A stretch of 58,406 nucleotides of DNA, counting the filler, from Dirinaria sp. TL-2023a (taxonomy: Eukaryota): assembly GCA_051941275.1 (NCBI GenBank). It is 2 parts of 2 records of this genome, joined end to end, with 100 filler letters (N's around TTAATTAATTAA, not from the genome) between each part and the next. Parts side by side here need not be neighbours in the genome. Positions count along the whole stretch, not along the records: positions 29,273 to 58,406 come from JAVEBF010000118.1; 1 more part is not named here. One strand, given 5' to 3'. Under the pieces are notes generated by a model that worked only from the letters and a program-made list of their open reading frames with translations, did no database searches and was not told the origin of the DNA. A program made the position numbers and the translations under genes. The number at the start of each line of letters is the position of its first letter. Position 1 is the stretch's first letter. Positions 50,080 to 58,406 of this stretch are shown here, in pieces.

Positions 50080-51097
50080 GACAGCTGAGCGAATATGGAT
50101 TGAAGTAATGAGATGGGAGATAGCTAGATGCAGGAAAACTTTCAGAGCACCACTTTCAAGGGTAAATCACCAGCCGTACCACGCACGCGAGCCCGCCGCT
50201 TGGATTTAGCTCGCATTTCTGAGATCTTTGGGAGCTGGTTTACATAGGTGAGCCCGCTTATAATTGCTTTTGCTTAGCCAACGACTTTCATGTCGAGGCA
50301 TCGAACACATTTTGGCCAAGTAGTGCACGTTGCTTGCCCCACAGTCTGGCAACAGAGTGGTACTCACAGTACCTTGCTTACTTTACCTTTAGCTCTCCCG
50401 TGTGCGTGTTTGTCAAAAACGACAGGGGTGCAGATACTCGTTAGTAGGCCAAATCAACTTATCTTAAGGTAGGTAGCCGACACTGCGCCAACTGTTGATA
50501 CGCTTGATCATGGTAGCGCTATACCTTACCCAGTACTGCTTCCTGACTTGCATGTTTAATGTGCCAAAATGGGTCGGCTCGCAAGCTCCACGGCCAATAT
50601 CGTAGCAGAGCCCTTGACCGACGTCGTGGAACGAGGCCAACGAGCATCATATCGGCATTGCGCGTCATGTTGGGCAGCTATGCCTGCGTCCTGGCAACCG
50701 CATCACAGCTCTCCTAGCGTGCAGGCTCCATCCCCATCCCCACTTCTAGAATTAGGCAACCACGCCTCCCTTCCCTTGCAACGCCGTAAAGTGGTTGCCT
50801 TGTTTTGCGCAGGGTGGCTGACTGGTGGTTCTGGCCGTTCTGGCCCATGGGATTAGCTTATGCATGCGCATTTGCGCCGTGACGTTCTCTCACTATCTTA
50901 CTCCTGTACAACCGACATAGCCGGTTCTAAAGGTGCGCGAGCCAAATTTCATGGTAAAGTTTGTCTGACTTCTCGGGATACTGTACCCTCGTTCTTTTCG
51001 ACGAACAGGGTCGGGCAGATCCCACTCGGGCAAGCGAAGCTAGCCTCTGAAACAGCTAGCGCGGCCGTAGGGAATTTGTGCCTCCAAAACCCTGCCC

Positions 51098-51127
51098 CCT
51101 TACCTTACCTTACCTTACCTTACCTTA
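51098..51127 (+). repeat. (CCTTA)6 pentanucleotide microsatellite in the P450/GMC divergent promoter
   Basis: Six perfect CCTTA units, read directly. Confidence 0.93.
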
Positions 51128-51395
51128 CAAAGGTACTTTACTGATCTGGTTTTCTGCCTTACCTACATGTAAGGTAAGTACGGCAATTTTTCACCTCTTC
51201 CTTTCTCTAATCTGAGCACGTTTGAATCCGTGTAGAGCTATCTTACTAAAACCTCCACGTCCTAGCCAGTCCTAAGTAATCCACCGCTTTTCGGCCAAGA
51301 CATTCTTGAATCCGTATCAATCTCCTTGGTCTGCATTTCTGGAGATCCCGTCCACTTGTGCGTGTTAACATTCGCACCATTTCTATTTTGACACG

Positions 51396-53517
51396 ATGTG
51401 GTGGCCATTCAATCGCAGATACCCTGAACGACGCGCTGAGGTAGTCCACGACCGTGCGTACGACTACGTTGTGGTTGGAGGTATGACTAACACTGACATG
51501 ACTTCCTTTTCATATACCTTCCATCCTTTACTGACCTCACCGTGAGAGAAGGGGGTACCGCAGGATGTGTTCTCGCTTCCCGACTGAGTGAAGACCCAAA
51601 TCTTTCTGTGCTCCTCCTCGAGCGCGGCATTGCCAACGATACATGGATGTCTCGGATACCGCTCGTGTCTTCTAACATAATAAGTCCTGACATGGGTGCC
51701 ATAAGCTGGTATAGCGAGCCGATGAAGCATTGTGATGACCGGCGGGACTTGCTCTTTCAGGGGGAAGTCCTTGGTGGCTCTTCACGCATCAATGGTATGG
51801 TGTTCACACGAGGCAGTGCTGCAGACTACGATGCGTGGAGCTCTATGGGGCATCCTGAATGGGGCTTTGATGAGGTACTTCCATACTTCGTGAAAGCAGA
51901 GACCTCTATAGGCCGGCCAAAGTCAAATTATCGTGGAGACTCAGGTGCGTCACATTTATATGGACTCCATTTGGTTCTAAAGAATGACAATTTCCAGGTC
52001 CGTGGATCAATCAAGCGTTTTCACATCGTAACTGGCAATTCAAAATCTATCACGTGTAGGATTTGTCATATCCTACCCCTCTAGTGGTAACGAGTCACTT
52101 ACAAGCCCCTTTTAGAATTCAGCAATGTGCTATAGCCATGGGTTTCGGCCCCATCGAAGATACAAATTCGCCAGATGCGTTCTCCGATGGAATTGCCACC
52201 CACGATTTGACGGTTGACAAGAACAAGCAGCGAGTGTCGACCTTGGAAGCATATCTCCCGAGAGCAACGGTGCTTGAAAGAGAAAAGAATTTGACAATTT
52301 GTACTGGGGTAATAGCGACTCACATCGAATTCTCGGACGACCGGACGCAGCGCTGTGCCCAACGCGTGAAGTTTCAGTATGCGCAATCGGTGTCAGAGAA
52401 AACGTTTTCGGTCACTGTGAATAAGGAAGTCATTATCAGTTCAGGTGCTGTTGGCTCACCCCAAGTCCTAATGCTCAGGTTTGGCGTCCCCTTCTTCTCA
52501 GATTAGCAAAGATAATCATTCTTGGTAGCGGTATTGGGCCCCGGAAGCATCTAGAAAAACACGGTATCGAGGTAATACGTGACTTGCCAGGAGTTGGCTC
52601 TGAACTCGTACGTCTAATTTTACAATATTTCTTCTACTTATCACAGTTTGTGATGTTGATGCGGAGTTATACAGTGCGATCACGTTGCTATCCCGGTTGC
52701 ATGGGAAGTGCCAGTCACTGCATCACTAACTCATCTGGCAACGTCACCTTTAAAAGGGGCCATCGAATTCTTCAAATACATTTTTTTCCGCAGCGGCGCT
52801 CTTAGCATGCCCATTCAAGTTCTCTCGCTCTTTGTGCGGGGATCATCTCTTGACGAAAAAACTTCGAAGTTTATCGGGAAGAGCACTCCGAGTCTTCCAG
52901 AGAAGGGTGATCGTCCACATCCTCGAGAGAGTCGCGTCGGCCTCCCCGATGTGGAGATAATGCCTTTAGCAACCAGCGCTATGGATGACCTGGAAGAACA
53001 TAAAAGCTTGTTTTCCAAAATCGGCGTATTTTCCTTGTTGACATGTCTCTTACAACCAAAGTCTCGAGGTACTGTCCGACTCGCATCAGCCAATCCCCGC
53101 GACCGACCAAAGGTCGATCTAGGCTTTCTGCAGGACCCTGCAGACTTTGAGATGGCCAGAAAAGCTGTCCGACTGGCATTGAGGCTCGGTGACGCAGTCA
53201 AAGCCCAAGGTTTCCCGCTTCTACGCGGCATTGTGGTTCCGGAATCAGAAGAGGCAGAGGAAGGAATGGATCAGTTCATCCGCCGCCGAGCGAGAACGTC
53301 GTATCACTTCTCGAGCACATGTAGGATGGCTCCGGAATTGGACCCTCGAGCTCCAGGTGTGGTGGATGACTCGTTACGTGTCTACGGCATTTCGAACCTG
53401 CGTGTGTGCGATGCGAGCGTTTTCCCACAGATCATCACTTCCCACCTGCAGGCGCCTGTAGTAATGGTGGCGGAGAAGTGCGCGAGTATGATCAAAGCAG
53501 ACGCAAGTAAAGAATAA
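51396..53517 (+). CDS. GMC (AA3) FAD-dependent oxidoreductase, probably intracellular; 6 exons
   Basis: YDYVVVG|GGTAGCVLASRLSE Rossmann motif; LGGSSRINGMVFTRG; GAVGSPQVLML|SGIGP; PKSRGTVRL; YHFSSTCRM; VVDDSLRVYGISNLRVCDASVFP..SHLQAP. Confidence 0.92.
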
Positions 53518-55135
53518 TATCATAGAAAATGCCTGTTTGGAGTCTCGCAAAAAGATATCGACACGGATGCAGCGACCGATAATATCGTATTCTTTTCAAT
53601 GGTACCTTATGATCTTGCCTTGCCGATCGCTGTCAGCCATTACATATAGTCTCTCACGATTCGAATTCAAGAAGCTTCATCGTCGGAGAGAAAGCCAGCT
53701 TATCACGAAACTTCACGATACTCCATCCTTTCCCTTCTGGTACCATTCGGAAGCCCCAGCCCTGCCAAGTCTTCAAACAGAAGTATTTATGAGCCCAGCA
53801 ATGATGGGTCTGACGAAATACAAACAAGGTAGCTCCTCAATATTCATATACAACGAAAAGTAGCCTCATTGTCCCTTTAAGCTCACCTAGGTAGTCGAGC
53901 GATGCAACTCTTGCGCTTCAGATTAAACCAATAAGCGTTATTCAGCATCACCCAGACCAACACTAATCCCCTTCCGCCAATTTTCGGGTATGATCGCTGG
54001 CTGCCCGGTTGAGAATTTGCAAAAAAAAGGGAGGTTCCATATCCCTTATCAGCTTTTCTCTAACTTAGCTTAAGTAGCCCTAGATAACTATCGGGGATTT
54101 TTCCCTGGTCAGTGTTGGGACTATGATTTTCTGAATATTAAGGCGCTTCGGTTATGTGCTTCTTGTGTATGTATGATTTTGTAGGTATGTCGGTGGTACT
54201 ATTCTCTTACAGATTCACTCCTGAGCGTATCTACCAAGTGGGGAGATCGTGGCGGTGGTGAAAGCTGTGTAAGATCGTAAATATATATCTCCAAAAGCAT
54301 CCTCTGGACCTAATATTGTAGTACAGGGTGGAGGAACGGAGAGGGGAACTTGGTAAGGGCCCCCTTTTTTTTTTATCCCTTTCTCATTTCTTTTCTTTCC
54401 TTTTACCTTTTTTTTCATTTCCTTTTTTTCGTGGAGAATTCAGGACTCTGCAAACTATTCCATTATCTTTCATCTCATCTGCAGACGTCTCAGCAGTAGG
54501 AGAACGACGACGATAGCGCAATTCACATGATATGCAGCGCTGATTGCCGTGTCTCGAATCGAGACACATTAGTACTGTCGTCTATCAATGTCTTCTTCCT
54601 CATCTCTATGCTTCAGAAAGAGAATTGCAAGATCATCTTCTTTTTTCTCTAGTGGCTTAACACTTAACGACTTGTGGATTTGATAGTAGTGCTTTCATTA
54701 TGACTCGGTTCATCGATATTTCGTGAAAATATGATTTTGCTTCGATCCCATCCTTTTCGCTGGAGAGCGGGAAAAGAATGCATTGAAGTCTTAGATAGCA
54801 AAAGATAAAAAGGTATTTTGATATATGAAAACGAATTGTTGACATCAACGAGAGTGATGTGGCGGCGGTGGATATCCAGAAAAGAAATTGTTATCTTGTG
54901 GACTGCCAATTTTGAGTTGCCAAGATTTCGCAATACATATGCATACGCCAAATGATATGATAAGCCCGCCAAGCCATCGTCATTTGCTTCGAATATTAGA
55001 TTCAGACTACCTACAATTTACTTCGTTGCCTGCGCGTTCAAGGCCACAGACTATTAATGCAGCTTGGCGGTTCGTGATGAGTGCATAAGCTTTCTTCCAT
55101 ATCTGCGTATTGTTCTTGCGTGCTAGAGGAGGGTC

Positions 55136-56519
55136 ATGTCCCTGGCCTCCCTGATTGCAAATCTTTCCAACTTCTTTCGAACTAAGCAGCACCCGCAGCA
55201 ACTTGAGTCGCCCTACAATCACGATCCTCAAACTTCGCCTACTTTCCTACAGCATGGAGAAGGACAGAATACAAGTGTTAGCAACACTAGGGCGGCGGAG
55301 ACCCATGTTCAGACAATGGAAGAAGAAGAAGAGATCAGACCGCCCTACTACCGCGTACGCTCTTTGGTTTGACACTACGTGCACCCATTTGATATCATGT
55401 TGACGTCTCCACAGTGCATGCTTGCTGGAGGATTGGGCGGTACCACCGGCGACATGCTAATGCACTCCATCGATACGGTCAAGACCCGCCAGCAGGGCGA
55501 TCCTCACATTCCACCTAAATACACGTCACTCTCCTCAACCTATTCCAAGATCTTCCGTCAGGAAGGTATCCGGCGAGGCCTCTATAGCGGCGTTACTCCA
55601 GCATTCTTAGGGTCCTTTCCCGGTACTGTCATCTTCTTCGGGGTCTACGAATACAGCAAGCGCAATCTGATTGACGCTGGATTACACCACTCGCTGGCCT
55701 ATCTGTCCGGCGGTATGTCATACTCTCGGAACCTGAACATGATTAGATGGCGCACATGGCTGATGTAATGTAGGTTTCATTGCCGATCTAGCTGCTTCCA
55801 TCGTCTATGTCCCTTCCGAAGTTCTCAAGACGAGGCTTCAGCTCCAGGGGCGCTACAATAACCCTTTCTTCAAATCCGGCTACAACTACCGCTCAACCTT
55901 AGACGCGACACGAACCATCATTCGCCAAGAAGGCCTCTCCGCTCTGTTCTACGGGTACAAAGCCACCATCTGGCGCGATCTTCCCTTCTCCGCCCTACAA
56001 TTTGCATTTTACGAACAAGAGCAAAAATGGGCCAAGAATTGGGTTGGAAGTAGAGACATTGGCCTCGGCTTAGAAATTGCTACAGCTACCACTGCTGGAG
56101 GTATGGCCGGAGTGATCACCTGCCCACTAGACGTTGTCAAAACAAGAATCCAAACTCAGCTCAACCCGCACCAAGAAGCGCCAGCCGCCATACCAACAAA
56201 ATCTTCAGAGCTTTCCGCTTATCGATCTTTGACCGCGGAGCCTGTTCGCGCATCCCACCTTAAGCGGTTCATCTCGACATCCTCGCCCAGCACTACGGTG
56301 CCCAAACAAGGCTCAGTTCAGCTTGATACTTCGTCTGTTGTCACAGGACTCAAGATCATCTACAAGACCGAGGGTATTGCAGGTTGCTTCCGAGGTGTTG
56401 GGCCCAGGTTCCTCTGGACAAGTGTGCAGAGCGGAACGATGCTGGTTCTCTATCAGATATTATTAAGGCAGATGGAAGCCTATCAGAGCTCTACGCGCGA
56501 AGGGAGAAGCATTGCCTAG
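55136..56519 (+). CDS. MME1: Mitochondrial carrier (SLC25), Mme1/YMR166C-like; 3 exons
   Basis: Three carrier signature repeats: HSIDTVKTRQQG, VPSEVLKTRLQLQG, CPLDVVKTRIQ; also EGIRRGLYSG and RDLPFSALQFAFYE. Confidence 0.85.
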
Positions 56520-56996
56520 ACCACAGAAAAGACTTCTTCTTCCAACTGATTGCATTATTTGCGCGAGAGGACACTGTACAACATTGCAACCATACGCGGC
56601 ATATGAATGGCACTGGGAGCGACTCGCATTGTCTGGCGTTTCATAGACCATAGATATTCGGTTACGGAACGAAGAAACACTTCTCACCCCTTCACTTAAT
56701 ACATAATAGGCTATTGGAATTCACAGGATCACACCGTGTAGTCTCACTTCCCAGTATTGTTGTTTTCCCAGTGCAGCGATCCTAAGCGTTTGATTGGTCA
56801 GCCACTGCCCATTTTAGCGGCGAAGGCGCGTCACAAGTGCGAGGTCGTAAACATCTCCCCCGAAATGTAAACAACTACTTCACCTTTCCTCAACTCACTG
56901 ACTCTTGCGCTCCATTACTATCCTCTTTATTTCGCTTGCAAATATCGCCGTCGCGGTCGCGTAACGTAGGCGACTCATCCCCGCGTAGCCACAACC

Positions 56997-58158
56997 ATGT
57001 CCGGTGTTACGTATTGGCTGCAAAAGCAGCGCAAAGGCGAGCTGGTGGAGCTCGCGAGAGAGGTTGGGATGGAAAAGTAAACCCCCGCTCCCCCCCCCTC
57101 TCTCCAGTCCTATCTCTCCAAACTTCCGGAGCCGAGAGCTTTTTCTCTGACTTTCTGTGGCAGCTACGAAAACCTCCTTAAAACGGACCTCGAGGTCGCG
57201 CTCGAAGAACATCTGCGCGCTAACCAATCCAAACTTCAAAGCAACCCCACCTTGGAGCCGTACTATAGACGAATCACAGGTGCGGGATCTCCGGTCAAGA
57301 GGGAGAGCAGCAGTACTGCTCTGGTGGCCACGGGAGGTGGCGAGAAGAATCCGCGGGCGCGGCGGCAGACACGAGGGAGAGTGGAAGAGAGCGACGGACC
57401 GTACGTCCCCCCTTCGATTTCCTTACTTGGAAGTTCGCGGAAGAGGGCCGCTAGACGCGTTCCCCCTTCACAGTCCTCTCAGCGCAATATGATCATGCTA
57501 ACGGCAATGCAGATCAGATTCCGACGCAGCCGCTCTAATCCAAACTCCACGACAACGTCTCTCCTTCGCGCGCAACCTCCCACTGCCGCCGTCGCCGGCA
57601 GTGCTCGCAGACCGGATCGATGCGTCGACCACCTCCCTGCGCGCCTCGGTGTCGACATACGTCTCCGACTCCCCCATCCCCGGCGCTCTGACCTCTCTCC
57701 GCAACACGCTGTCCTCGGTCTCGTCGCTGCAACTGCTGGTGCTGTTCGTCGAGGCCTGGGGCCTGCGCGCCCAAGTCCTGCCCCTGCGCTACTTGACCAC
57801 CATCCCGCCCATCCCGGCTCTGGGCATCGCGGGCTCGACCGCCGTCAAGATCCCGGATCTGTTTGCCCTCCTCACGACGGCGTTCTGGGGCCCGTTTTCC
57901 CTCTGGGCGGCCACCAGTATCGTCCTCCCCTTGCTGGGCTCGTGGTTCGTCAACTTGACCAAGGGCGAGAAAGTCATCGATCCGCTCGTCTTCAGCACCG
58001 TCAAGGCACTGGCTACGTGGATACTGTTTGCGCGCGAGGGCTGGGGCGGAGAGTCGAGGGAGCTGGTGGAAAGCAGTGTCCCCGGCGGCACGACGGGTAT
58101 GCTGGTCGGTGCAGGTGTGGGCGGCTTGGTCAGCTTCTGGGAGAGACTGGCGCGGTAG
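56997..58158 (+). CDS. Membrane protein with N-terminal helix-extension-helix-like segment and C-terminal TM helices, Gtt3-like; 3 exons
   Basis: MSGVTYWLQKQRKGELVELAREVGME|NYENLLKTDLEVALEEHL..PYYRR..SPVKR; C-terminal PDLFALLT..FW..LPLLGSWFVNLT..DPLVFS..GLVSFWE. The family name is from memory and unverified. Confidence 0.7.
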
Positions 58159-58406
58159 GCGATTACATCTTGGCAAAAGGCCATGTGTTGAATGTATCCG
58201 ATGGGAAATGAGGCGGACAAAAAAACTGAGGAGTGGGGGGAAAGCAGGAAAGATCAAAAAGGGAAAAATCGGCGCTGCCAAAACCGCTCGATTTGTTGGA
58301 AGGTTAAGAGGGGGGTTGCTTTTTTGTATACAAATCACTTCATTCGGCGTTTTTTTTTTCCCTTGGAATCGGGGGTTTTACTACTTGGGCTAACCTTTCC
58401 CCCCCT

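Noticed and set aside
51098..51127. (CCTTA)6 as a telomere relic or CRISPR-like array
   Set aside because: The unit is TAAGG, not the fungal TTAGGG, and there are no spacers; it is a simple microsatellite.
57252..58393. Long overlapping ORFs (319 aa +, 267 aa -)
   Set aside because: Shadow frames of the GC-rich GTT3-like gene; only the first part of the 319-aa ORF is a real exon.

Overview
Intron-containing DNA from a filamentous ascomycete (Pezizomycotina). A lichen-forming Lecanoromycete is plausible from gene style, but that is inference only. About 20 protein-coding genes could be modelled by hand. A 100-nt artificial spacer (N44-TTAATTAATTAA-N44, 29173-29272) joins two contigs, so adjacency across it is unproven. 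Left of the gap: a PTH11-like membrane protein, a Tra2/SR-like RRM protein, NTO1, a 5-exon hypothetical gene, a small secreted Cys protein, a SnoaL-like protein, a small orphan, a CodA-type amidohydrolase, a CitE/CLYBL-like lyase, a decayed ORF relic and cmkA. Right of the gap: IMP2 (5' end truncated), SPO71/Mug56-like, HET-C2/GLTP and PRS1. These are followed by a ~14.5 kb block of an MFS transporter, an atypical 11-exon P450, a PTH11-like protein, a CYP7-like P450 and a GMC oxidoreductase, with no PKS/NRPS/terpene synthase/DMATS core and no transcription factor; an MME1-like carrier and a GTT3-like gene close the window. The core-less oxidative cluster is the best candidate for an undescribed system. 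No tRNA, rRNA, CRISPR or intact transposon was recognised. All family calls come from motif recognition, not database searches.
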